Below, in pieces: positions 51,869-64,000 of a stretch of 64,000 nucleotides of DNA. The translations under genes were made by a program, and so were the position numbers. Position 1 is the first letter of the stretch. The number at the start of each line of letters is the position of its first letter. The notes beneath the pieces are model-generated. The model was not told the origin of the DNA and made no database searches. It worked only from the letters and a program-made list of their open reading frames with translations. Source of the DNA: Octopus vulgaris (Eukaryota); assembly GCA_951406725.2 (NCBI GenBank), contig OX597835.1, positions 25,358,001 through 25,422,000 of the forward strand. The letters are read 5' to 3'.

Positions 51869-54800
51869 TATAACCATAATTGACTGTTTCTAGTTTCATT
51901 TGGGGAGGAAGGTGAGGGCAAGAATGGGGTGAGTTTGGTCCTCTTAATCTCAGCATTCCCCTATAGGGCAGAGAATGACCTCTGAGAGAGACCGTTTAAC
52001 CTGAGTAGTCAGAATAATCTTGAATTTGTTGGGGGGGGGGTGTAAATCAATTATATCGACACCCCACCACCTGTACCCAACTGGTACTTATTTTATCAAC
52101 CCCGACAGGATGAAGGGCAAAAATCGAACCATAGCAGTATTTGAGCTCAGAACATAATGTTGGAAGAAATGCTGTTAAGTATTTCTTCTGGTGCAGTAAC
52201 GAACCATTCTGCCAGCTCTATGACTTAACAACAACAACAAAAATAATCCTTTCTTCTATAGGCACAATGCCTGACATTTTAGGGTTGGGGGCTAGTCGAT
52301 AACATCGACACTGCCCCCGCCCTCCTGGTGTTCACCTGATATTTATTCCATCACTCCTGAAAGGATGGAAGGCAAAGCTGACCACGGCAGAATTTGAACC
52401 CAGAACGTAAAGCTAGAAGAAACATTGCTAAGCATTTTGTCTGTTATGGTAGCGATTCTACCAGCTCCTGCCTTAATAATAGTAATTATAATGATGTGAT
52501 AAGAGTAGTAGTAGTAGTAATAGTAGTAATAATAATGATGATATGATAAGAGTAGTAGTAGTAATAATAATGGCCTCTCTCTCTTAATCTTACTTCTGCT
52601 GGTTGATTTGGTGTTGGCCATTTCGGCCAAGTACCATTCTAGAAATTGATACCACACCACACATTTTGTTCACCATCGGTTTGTTCTATGCTTCATTTCC
52701 TGCACAATTCAAAACACATTTCATGTAATTTATGGCTAAACAAACTTAATTTGTCTATTGACCAATGTGGAGAGTGCCAGGGGCAGTGAAGAAAACAAGA
52801 AAAGAATATGAGTGCTCTGTGACATACATTTTCTTGTACTTTCCCTCCTTCTTGGCAGTGATTTTGAAGATCTCTTAGGCATTGCTTAGTTCTTTTGTCT
52901 AATTGTCATGTTGTTATTGAAGAAAGTAGTTAGTCATTAATTAACATGAAGAACATTATTATTAATTTGTTTTATGCTATTTTAATTCCTGGATTTATTT
53001 TTAATTCATGGGCAACTGTGCAAAATATTTGTTTAATCTAAAATAGGAATAGGTAGGTTTAAAATGAAATTTGGTGGTTGAAATAGGATTTGGTGGGTCT
53101 TAAATAGAATTTAGTTGTTTTAAAATGAAATTTGCCTGGTCTAATATTGGATTTGATAGAACTAAATAAAATAAGGCTTCCAGTTTGTATTTGATCTCTG
53201 ATAAAGACAATGGTCTTAATTTGAGCTGATCCTTGACACAGAGGTCCTGTTTCCTTGTGCCTCTACTTATTTCACTGACCATGTTGATTAGCCATGGGTA
53301 GGGAGACCAGTAACAAGGAGATCTGGTGGGAGAACTATTTTTTCTCAAATAGGGAAATAGGTGCTAGCATGGTTGTGTGGTTAAGAAGCTTGTTTCATAA
53401 CCATATGGTTTTGGGTTCAGTCCCAATGGGCAGCACCTCAGGCAAATGTCTTTTACTACAGCCTCAGGGCTGATCAATACCTTGGGAATGAATTTGGTAA
53501 GCTGGTGCCATTTAAAAAGCATCCAGTCCACACTGTAAAGTGATTACCATTTCGAAGGCTGTAAAAACCATGCCAAAACTGACCTTACCTGTGCTGGTGC
53601 CATGTGAAAGGGACTCAGCCTACTCTGTAGGGTGGTTGGTGTTAGGAAGGGTGTCCAGCTGTAAATAAAACTATGCCAAAACAGACACAGAAGTCTTGTG
53701 CAGGCTCCTGCCTGGCCAGCCCCTGTCAAATCATTCGATCCATGCCAGCATGGAAAGCGGATGTTAAATTATGACAATAATGAAACTGTGGAAGCCCATC
53801 ATGTGGGTGGGTGTCCACCCCACCCCGCTATTTGACAACTGGTCTTGGTTTATTTATGTCCCTGTAAACTAGCAGTTCAGCAAAAGGCACCACTAAAATA
53901 AACATTAGACTTCAAAATAATTACTGGGATTGATTTCTTTGTGGTGGTACCCCAGCCTGGCCACGGTCCAGTGACTGAAAGAGGTAAAAGATAAAAAGAT
54001 AAATAAAAAGAATTTAGCTGGAATGTAACATTTTCATAAATATTCAATATGTGATTTTTAGTTGCAGCGAGCGAGAAGATTCTTCTGGACTTCTTTGGTT
54101 TCATACAACACTTAGGGCACCTTTTCAACAGACCTGTAGGAGGATAAAGTTCTTGCTCAGAATATATTCAAAGTTCTTGAATTCTTCTTCTCTTGGAACC
54201 TATTCCATACCATTTTATAGCCATGTTTGCAAGCCTGTCAGAAGATAGACAATAAAATTGCTTGCAAACCTGGCCTCTCTCTCTCCTCTTTTTGATGCCT
54301 TGCCATATTATACAAAGAATTTCTGAGAGGCACAAATAATGAAAAGCATTTGATATGATACTCTTGTTTTCTGTATTTGTATTTCACACATAACCTTACA
54401 TGTTACTCAACATGTTGGATGAACAAATGCCTAGCTTTATGGTCCTTCAGCAATTTTTGAGGAGTGAGATTTTGTGGATACCATTTGTCCTAGTGCTTGA
54501 CTAATGCTTTATTTTATCAACACCCCAGAGGGATCAAAGGCAAAGTTGATCTCTCTAGGATTTTCTGACCGAATTTAAAGAACCGGAAGAAATACTGCTA
54601 AGCATTTTGTTTGCTGCTTTACCAATTCTGCTAGCTTGATAATAATTGCTTCTAACACAGGCACAAGGTCATAGAATTATGGTGAAGAGAACTGGAACGT
54701 ATACTGTTAGGTATTTTTGCACTATGCTCTGATGATCTTCCAATTCTATAACAGTAAATAGTAGTCGTTCCCTTAAGTCCTGATTTGGGAAGCTAATTGA

Positions 54801-55199
54801 AAAGTACAAAAATAGGATGTACCATTTTCTTGATAGATTTATAGTTGCAGAAGCTTGAAAATGCCTGGACCACTGGCTCAAAATTTCATACACACACACA
54901 CCTACCTACCTACTTCCTGCACATTATGATCATACCACATTACTTGACAGTGAAAATCAGTCAAGTGATATTATATCAAAGAGTAAAGCCAAACCACACC
55001 TATTAAAAAAAAAAAAGGTGTGGTTGAGAGAGTGTCTTGTGTAAATATGTATAATTTTTTTATTTTTTCAGTTCTTTTTTTTTTTTTTTTTTACTTGTTT
55101 TCGTCATTAAACTGCAGCCATAGTGGAGCACTGCTTTTATTATAAAACATTCATATATATATATGTATGGATGTGCATATATATATTTATACACACACA

Positions 55200-55553
55200 C
55201 CATCTGAGCATGATCATTGCCAGAGCGGCTATCTGGCCTCCGTGCCGGTGGCACGTAAAAGACACCATTTGAGCGTGATCGTTACCAGCATCGCCTTACT
55301 AGCATCTGTGCCGGTGGCATGTGTAAAAGATTCGAGCGAGGTCGTTGCCAGTACTGCCTGACTGGCCCCGTGCCAGTGGCACGTAAATGCACCCACTACA
55401 CTCTCGGAGTGGTTGGTGTTAGGAAGGGCATCCAGCTGTAGAAACTCTGCCAGATCAAAATTGAAGCCTGGTGCAGCCATCTGGTTCGCCAGCCCTCAGT
55501 CGATCGTCCAACCCATGCTAGCATGGAAAGCGGACGTTAAAGGATGATGATGA
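55200..55553 (+). mobile_element. Retroposon family C (SINE or LINE 3' end ending in (GAT)n)
   Basis: ggttggtgttaggaagggcatccagctgtagaaac...aacccatgctagcatggaaagcggacgttaa-(gat)n. Other copies at about 6190, 8080, 9200, 13460, 14420, 18110, 18910, 22770, 46950, 53500 and 60580. Confidence 0.8.
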
Positions 55554-56756
55554 CATACACATGTACGTACGTACCTGTATATATCATTGCTATTATGCAA
55601 AACGTTGCTTTTTTCAGAAAAAAATAGTTTCGTCATTCCATAGCAAAACTGTTGTACTACACTTTGACAATTTTCGATATCCTGGCATCTGAAACTGCTA
55701 GAGATATGGTAGGTTGACCAAAAGAGCCAGCTATTGCAAGGAAAAATAAATATCGGGGAAAATGCGTGTGACCAAATTTGGACGTATGACAATTTGACAT
55801 AACAGTAACCATGTCTGTCTGTCTGATTAATGACAGAGATGGGAGATACATTTTCACTGTGTTTTGCATTTGTTTCTTTTTGAATCTGATTTTTATTGAT
55901 CTTCTATAATAATGAACTGTATCCTTTAATTTGCTGCTTTTGAATACACATACCAAGAAGAAAACTTGCAGAATAGACGTTACTTTAATGAGATAAATCT
56001 TGTAATCACTTGAAGAGACACCTCTACACCAATAGATATGCCTAAACCAGTTGTTCAGTGTCCCACCTGTGAGGGATCAATGCTAGAGGGGTCGAAACAA
56101 TTGTAGTGATCAATAATTCCTGTATCTTCCATCTTCTGCCCCCCTCGTTAATCAAATACCCAACAAACATTGTGACAGTGAAGGTACTTTACCAGTAAAC
56201 TACCAGGTGTACACCATACTATTTATCTAATAATAATATATATATATATATATCCAGAGTATGACTTTAAACTGCATCTTATAGTTGGGCCTTTGTACAG
56301 GAGTTTTGGTGTAGAACGACCTCTTAGATACTGTTGTTCCCATGTCTACTCTGACCTGGAGTATTATTACCTATTAGGACCCCAGCTATGGATTACTTAG
56401 CATGTGAACTGCTAAATTTGTGAGAGAGAGAGAGAGCAAGAGCGTGCACACACACACAAAGTATAGGTATATATGCATTTAGATATAATGGACTCTACCT
56501 TCAAAGATGACGTATGAGTGTTCTACTTCTGCTTGGATGACCTGCACAAATACTTTGTATTGTTGCAAATCATTTTTCTTTACAATCAAATTTCTTTATA
56601 AAAATCAAATGTATGTGCTACACATTAGCTCACTCACTCCGTCAAATCAACATTGCTTGAATAGGTGTCAAAGTGATCACAGAGCAATGTGAGATTAAGT
56701 GTTTTGCTCAAGAACACAATGCACCACCCAGTCTAGGAACTGAAACCATGATTACC

Positions 56757-56787
<31 letters not shown>

Positions 56788-56789
56788 TA

Positions 56790-56960
56790 CAGGGTGGCCC
56801 AAATGTAGGTTTACAGTTATTCAACTATTTTGCATCCATATATTAACGGTTAAGATCAATTTAGTTAATTGGAAGATAGAAATTTAAATGTATTAAAATG
56901 TTTTAAAAGAAATTTAAAGTGCTTATGTGATGACTGTAAACCTACTTTTGGGCCACCTTG
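56790..56960. mobile_element. Tc1/mariner-type MITE
   Basis: 28-bp TIR CAGGGTGGCCCAAATGTAGGTTTACAGT versus ACTGTAAACCTACTTTTGGGCCACCTTG (2 mismatches). Preceded by TA and embedded in a (CA)/(TG) tract. The right-hand TA is not intact. Confidence 0.8.
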
Positions 56961-57016
56961 CGTGTGTGTGTGTGTATTGGTTAGTTCCACTCTTTTTTTT
57001 TTTCTTTTTCTTCTTA

Positions 57017-57525
57017 GGTATAGGTGTGGCTGTGTGGTAAGGTGGCGAACTGGCAGAAACGCTTGGCGGTATTTTGTCTGCCGTTACGTTCTGAGTTCAA
57101 ATTCCGCCGAGGTCAACTTTGCCTTTCATCCTTTCGGGGGTTGATAAATTAAGTACCAGTTATGCACTGGGGTCGATGTAATCGGCATAATCCCTTTGTC
57201 CTTGTTTGTCCCCTCTATATTTAGCCCCCTGTGGGCAATAAAGAAATAAGAAGCTTGCTTCCCAATCACATAGCACTGAGTTGAGTCACACTGCATGACA
57301 TCTTGGGTCAACCAAAGCCTTGTGAGTGGATTTTGTAGGGCGAAACTGAAAGAAGCCCATTGTGTGTGTGTGTGTGTGTGTTTGTCTGTGTTTACATCCC
57401 CATAATTTAGTAGTTTGACAAAAGAGATCAATGGATTAATTACCAGGATGGGGGAGGGCATTCGTTAAACCAAAAATTCTTTAAGGCAGTGCAGTCTAAT
57501 GACTGAAGCAAGTAAAAGATAAGAT
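57017..57525 (+). mobile_element. SINE family A (about 57040-57250) inserted in the head of a family-B SINE
   Basis: ggctgtgtggtaag|...family A...|aagcttgcttcccaa, with taag duplicated. Confidence 0.8.
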
Positions 57526-58316
57526 ATACCCTTGTGCTTATTATTGTTGACCTCTGTCAAGTCACTAAGTTATGGGACAAAAACAAGCCACAGCATGTGT
57601 AGATGATAGACTTTTGAAAGAAAATCATCACCATTGCCATTGTCCATTTTTCCATGCTTGCATGGGTTGGATCAGGTGGAATTTGTTGAGGCAGATTTTT
57701 CTACACCTGGATGCCTATCCTGTCACCTACCCTCACCTGTTTCCCATGCCCAGCATGTTTTTGGTGGAAGACTGGAAGCAAACAACACCGCTTGTATGAC
57801 AGTGGTGCTCATATACAATCATCACATGATGCCAAGACAAGGTTAGATACTAACATAATGTATATATATATATATACATGTATAAATTGTTTGAGGTTGT
57901 GTACAGATTTTATTAAGGAAAAGGAGGCAGTCAGGATCAGAAGAACTATTTATTTAGCACTTTTGTCCCTTTGAAGGATTCGTCATTAAATTTTTTTTAT
58001 ATGGAAAATTCATACCTTTTAGATATATGTGAGTGAGTTAAAAAAAAAATCTGGAGGTGACATTGTTTTCTTGGGCAGGCAAACACAAGCTCACGCAACA
58101 CACCGTTTTGAGTCTCTGCCGACTGAATCTACTCATAGTTTAGTTGGCCTGGGGCTGTAACATATGGCACTTGCTCAAGATGCTGTGAAGTGGAACTAAA
58201 TCTGAGCTGCAGAATCCAGGAAGCAAGCTTCTCAAATACAACCAGCCATTATTTTTACATATGTGCTTGGTTATGAAAGGGTTATGAAAGGGTTAATGTT
58301 TAATCAGTTTAGCTTT

Positions 58317-58722
58317 TTCTTACTCTCTTTACTCTCTTACTTGTTTCAGTCATTTGACTGCGGCCATGCTGGAGCACCGCCTTTAATCGAGCAACTCGAC
58401 CCCGGCACTTATTCTTTGTAAGCCCAATACTTATTCTATCGGTCTGTTTTGCTGAACCACTAAGTGACGGGGACATAAACACACCAGCATCGGTTGTCAA
58501 GCAATGCTAGGGGGACAAACACAGACACACACGCATACATATATGTATATATACATATATATGACGGGCTTCTTTTCAGTTTCCGTCTACCAAATCCACT
58601 CACAAGGCTTTGGTCAGCCCGAGGCTATAGTAGAAGACACTTGCCCAAGGTGCCACGCAGTGGGACTGAACCCGGAACCATGTGGTTGGTAAACAAGCTA
58701 CTTACCACACAGCCACTCCTGC
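58317..58722 (-). mobile_element. Young full-length SINE family B (tRNA head plus CORE-like ggcaccttgggcaagtgtcttc, internal (TA)/(TG))
   Basis: Near-identical to about 30255-30610 (-). Related copies at about 9490-9882 (-), 27205-27605 (+), 33352-33670 (+) and 35942-36290 (+), plus many decayed ones. Confidence 0.85.
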
Positions 58723-60987
58723 ACCTTTTTTAAATAAATAAAAAAAAAATAAAAAAAGCAAATATTGTCACTATTCTTTCAGTGCACACCTTAATATTTG
58801 CTCTCCCCCGCCCGTCTCACGCAGCAAATGGTCCATACTTGCCTGTGTGACATTAAAACTTTGCTGCTGCTGCTGCTGGTGGTGGTGCCAGAACTTAACA
58901 TACAGTACTGACAATTGTTGGCGTAACCAGCTTCATTCAGCTAGATTATATATCATTTCTGCCGAGCTCTGCTGATGTTCTGCGTTGAGTTCTGCAATCA
59001 ATAAGTATTGCTTGGACTCTGAGCAACACTGGCATGTTGTCATAGTGAGTATAGATTAATTTACGATGATGCTGCCGCCATTCAGCTCTCTAGAAACACT
59101 GGTTGTAATTCAGCAGTCATTGATGACTGTATACGCGCGCGCTTGTGTGTGTGTGTGTGCATATTTACCTAATGGATGTGCATACATATGCATGTATGTG
59201 TTTATATATGTATGAATTTAACCTATTTCTAACAGGTTGCATCATACTCTTATTAGTTTTTATATATATATATATATCTTTAAGATATGACAGACAAAAT
59301 CAGATTCCTTTCTGGCTTTTTTTTTCCCCTTCATATTTTTGTAAATGCAGAAGCATGTACATGTAATTATCATATTTAATATGGTGGAGAAACCAGGAAG
59401 AAATGAAGATATACAGCTGTGGAGATAAATATATGCAACTGGTCATCAGCGTTTTGTTTCTCTCTCTCTAGATCAGGTTAGAGCTAGAAACGCAATATTT
59501 AAGCATTGATTTCTTGTTAGAATTAAAATTAAGAATATATTGTCTTGCTATTGTCAAGAACTCTAACCATTTCATGTCTAGTTTGCCAGAAAGTTGCACT
59601 CTATATATATCTTATTAACTTAGCTATCAGGCCATAAACAGCTGATGTATTTATCCATTGTTGTGATTTTATGCCTACTTAAGGTGGCAAGCTGGAAGAA
59701 TTGCTATGGCACCAGACAAAACGCTTAGCGGCATTTCTTCCGGCTCTTTGTCTCCCGAGTTCAAATGCCACTGAGGTTGGCGTTACTTTTCATTTCTTTT
59801 GGGGTTTGTAAAATAAGTACCCTCCCCATGAATTTCAGGCCCTGTGCTTGAAGCAAAAAAAAAACCAGTTTTATGCTTCTAGCGTTGTACCTTAAGCAGA
59901 AACAAATATTTGATGCCATGCTCCGTGGGCTGATCATGGGTTGGACAATTTTGTCAATCGATCCGTGTCATGTTCTTATTCAGAGTTACTATCCTCCTAG
60001 GTGTGGTCAGGAGAAACAACCCTTGCTTGTTCATTTTATATTGCCTTGAGGCAGGTAGACCTGGAGTAAAGAGGGCGTGTCATTGATGAGGGTGCAAATG
60101 ATGACAAAAGGACTCTGACAAATTTTGCTGACTGATCAACTGACTGAATGATTGTTTAATCAAACATTTATGATTGGTTAAATGTTAACTGACTTTTAAT
60201 AATAACAATAATAAAAGAAGTGAAAGAGAACCAGTGCATGTATTATTGGCATAATGACCTTTCTGAGATACAAGTGTGTGTGTGTGTAAATAAATGTGTA
60301 AGAGAGAAATTATGGTTTCACATGGTTGTGAACTGTAACGCTTTGGTTTGCAATACTGTGAATTTACTGCATTCACTGGTGTCTAAGCTCATCTGGGATG
60401 GGTCAAGCTGGCTTCATCCAGTAAAGGAATTACTCACTACTATTAAATGGAATAACATTCAAAACAGAATTAATATATCATTACTCAGCGTTTCTCAATC
60501 CTCAGCCAACACACACACACACACACACGTGTTTGTTTTGATATTTGCTTTTTTGTCATGTTAGCATGGATTAGGCATATCATCATCATCCATTGTCCAT
60601 CCTGGCATAGGATGGACAGTTTGACCAGAGCTGGTAAGCTAAGGGGCTGCACCAGACTCCAGTCTGATTTGGCATGATTTCTATGGTTGGATGTCCTTCC
60701 CAATACCAACAACTCCGAGAGTGTAACAGGTGCTTTTACATGCCACTGGCACGGGTGCCATTTGTGTGACACCAGTATCTGCTATGATTTCACTTGACTT
60801 GATGGGTCTTCTCAAGCACGGCATATTGCTTGAAGGTCTTGGTCATTTGTCATTGCCTCTGTGAGGCCCAATGCTCGAAAGGTTCTTTTTATGTGCCACC
60901 AGCACAGGTGCATATATATATATAAAGGAATTTTGATGAAGTGGTTAGCCCCACATGGTGAGTTGTAATGTAAAAATATATAAAAAG

Positions 60988-61272
60988 AGGAAAATGCACA
61001 CCGTTCACATAGTTTTAATGTTTTAAATGGCAGAGTATTGTGATAGTCGATTGGTTTTGTGTTTCACCTATCATAACAATGAAATTATTGCAATTTTGTA
61101 TTCTCTTCAGAAATTTTCTTGTGTATGTTCTTGTATGAGAGTAAAAACTTTTTAAGAAAATATGTAATTGCAATACTTTCATTGTCATGATAAGCAAAAT
61201 GCGAAACCGGTCGACTATCGCAATACTCTATCATTTAAAATATATTAAAACTATGTAAATTGTGTGCATTTT

Positions 61273-61275
<3 letters not shown>
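60988..61275. repeat. Fold-back element 4 (about 108-bp diverged arms) between (TA)n tracts, Penelope-like
   Basis: About 60988-61095 versus 61166-61275. The arms carry a hammerhead-like motif. Confidence 0.88.
61181..61218 (+). ncRNA. Degenerate minimal type-I hammerhead-like motif
   Basis: attgtc-ATGATAA-gca aaa tgc-GAAAC-cg-GTC-gactat. Stems I and II and a palindromic stem III are present. The core differs from CUGAUGA at 2 positions. Confidence 0.45.
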
Positions 61276-61329
<54 letters not shown>

Positions 61330-63536
61330 ACTCTCTCATCATTAGATGATGTATGAGGGTACGACAATTTCTTGCTGAACAACCACACATGATTTGTTTA
61401 TAGTGATCAAATGTTTGTATAGACATAAGCTCACTCCCTCCTCAAATCGACATTACCTGTACAGGTGGAATGGGTGCCACATGTCAGATATTGAAATGAT
61501 CACAGAGCAACCTGAAATGAAGTACTCTGCTCAAGAACACAACTCAACTCCCTGTCTGGGAATTGAACCCATAATCTTGCAATCATGAGTGCAACACCTT
61601 AACCACTAAGCCATCAACCTTCACAATAAATATATATGTGTGTGTGTAGTGTGTATATATGTGTGGTGTGTATGTATATATATATATATGTGTGTGGTGT
61701 ATATATATATACCTTGTTGCGTTCATATTGCTAACCCTTAAAAGTAGATAATTTGTTGATGGGGGAAATGACAAACCTTTTGTCTGTCTTTACGTTCTGA
61801 GTTCAAATTCTGCCAAGGTCAACTTCACCTTTCATTCCACCCCCCATCCAAATTTCAGGCCTTGTGCCTATAATAGAAAGGATTATTGTTCATGGTGATC
61901 ATTTGCCTTTGTTTGTGCTTGTGTGTCTGCATATGCATTATCACTAATAAGGAAAACCAAAAGAAAAGCTTGAGCAGGAATTTCCATTTTTCCCCCGCTT
62001 TGCGCTTCCTTGGTCTCAGGTTTTTTTGCTATGTATTTTTTTTTTATATATAATATGCAAAAATATCACTAATATTTCTAAAATGGTTTATTTACTCAAT
62101 AATAAACCGAATGAACTCTTCCCACCCACCTCTTAACCATTTCATTACTATATACAGTATATATGTATATACACTGTATATTTTTTCTTATATATATATA
62201 TTATTTAAAAAACCAAAATACACCTCTCATGTATTTTAATTAAAGTCTAATATTATTGTAAATTTAGACTGGTTTCATAAAACAACTCCAACTTTTTAAT
62301 TTATCAAAATATTAATGTGATTTTTGGAACACAATTTTACAAACAATTTTAAAAAACAAATCTATTGCTTAATGTTTTTGGCTCAAAGTTACTCTAATTA
62401 CAGGTAAATATAAATATAAAATTATTCAGTTTTTTTCTAAAACCTCGTCATAGAAAATGAGTTATTAGTTAATATTCAAATGAGTATATGACAAAATTTT
62501 AATATAAAAGTATTGTGCACATTATTAGATTATCATATAACTTGAATGCATATAAGACAGGTGTAACAATAAATATTAAAATAGAGAGAAATATTTGAAT
62601 TTATCTTTGTAGAAAACTAGGAAACTAAATTCACTTGCCATTAATTAACTAAATGAAATTAACTCACATACATGCACAAATACACAGAAACACATTTGAT
62701 AATGATTCACAATGCAAACTGATAAAAAAAAGATGTCAATCACCTTACAGGTAAATTAAAATTACAGGTAATAAAAAAAAAAACTAAGGTAAATTTAGGA
62801 AAAATATTTATAAAATCAAATATCTTTTTCTCTTTCTATAATGGAAACTTGTAGAGCACCCCATTCTATATAATTGCAACCTTACAGAATGCAAACTGGA
62901 AATTTGTTTCAACTGCTTGTCCACTGGTAGCTTTCCCCAACCCTCAATTTTTTTCTAATTTATGGAAATTGGCTGAATTCAGAGGGATATCTCTCTGACA
63001 GGCTTCTAGTTTTTCTCCTGACAGTTATTTTTTGGGATGAAAAACCAGCCCTCAACTGCATTGCTAGATCTGCTCACAACTGGTGATGGTCACCTCACTT
63101 TTGAGCCTCTCCTGATTTCGTATATAGTGGAAGTGCATTAACAGTGCTCATATTTACTCTATACCAAACTAGGTATTGCAACCATTAATTACCCGGTCTA
63201 CCAACTAGGTAATAGCTCATCATTTGATTCAGCCAATCTACACCACCCATGTACCTGTTATAATTCAGGTTCAAAAAATGGGGTGCTATTTTCACCCACA
63301 TGTGGTTGCACACAGGTAAATAGAAAACTTAGTTACTTCTTATCTCTGTATGTGGTCGCTTGCAAGTTTCCTTTCTACTGTTGGATTATTTCATCTCTGA
63401 TTTTTAATTTTGCCTATTTTATATCCAATGGCAGCCCTTTTCTACTGGCAACTACTATAGCACATGTATATGCTGTCACAGTTTCTAAATCTGCTGCAGG
63501 TTTGATCAAACTGAAAAACTCGTCAAAAAAAAATAT

Positions 63537-63752
63537 ATTTCTTTACTACCCACAAGGGGCTAAACACAGAGGGGACAGACAAAGAGATTAAGTCAATTAC
63601 ATCAACCCCAGTGCGTAACTGGTACTTAATTTATCGACCCCGAAAGGATGAAAGGCAAAGTCGACCTCGGCAGAATTTGAACTCGGAACGTAACGACAGA
63701 CGAAATACGGCTACGCATTTTGCCCGGCGTGCTAGCATTTCTGCCAGCTCAC
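63537..63752 (-). mobile_element. SINE family A
   Basis: Matches 38047-38280. Confidence 0.85.
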
Positions 63753-64000
63753 TGGTCAAAAAAATATATGGCTCTAGTTATGGTATCAGTGTGATATATT
63801 CCAGACCATATATCAGCCTAGGCCATGCTGGCTTACATTATTCATTTTCCTGATGTAAAAGCTGAACCAACAGCAGTGTATTAACTTCACAAATCTTCCA
63901 AACTTTGATACCCTGTTTTGTGGGTTTTCCGGGCATGTATTGTTGGAAACGTACTCCACTGGTATAACCCACCGTACTATCATTGACAAATTGGTATCTC

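Noticed and set aside
54061-54250. Exon-like stretch after ttgcag at 54067
   Set aside because: The phase-0 reading stops after 15 codons, has no similarity to the expected next B55 exon ([28 protein letters not shown]), and has a weak pyrimidine tract.
56991-57023. Strong pyrimidine tract plus TAG|GTATAG as a possible recursive splice site
   Set aside because: The donor is weak and the AGGT comes from the head of a family-B SINE.

Overview
Eukaryotic, AT-rich, repeat-dense DNA that is almost entirely intronic. The SINE families and dense (TA)/(CA)/(GAT)/(TAA) microsatellites point to a coleoid cephalopod, probably Octopus (inference). The only securely recognisable host coding sequence is a 98-nt + strand exon (51073-51170) of the PP2A B55 regulatory subunit (PPP2R2/twins, [29 protein letters not shown]). 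I did not find its neighbouring canonical exons in the window. The rest comprises many SINE copies from at least four families, two TTAA-targeting piggyBac MITE families, an internally deleted piggyBac with a transposase remnant (its empty site is preserved in a nearby duplication), hAT and Tc1/mariner MITEs, a young 28-bp minisatellite, and four unrelated fold-back elements in (TA)/(CA) tracts, one carrying a degenerate minimal hammerhead. Best leads: inverted MITEs bracketing the B55 exon, the Penelope-like fold-backs and hammerhead motifs, and candidate alternative first exons for B55. Nearly all ORFs in the supplied track are spurious. I cannot demonstrate a new biological system from sequence alone.
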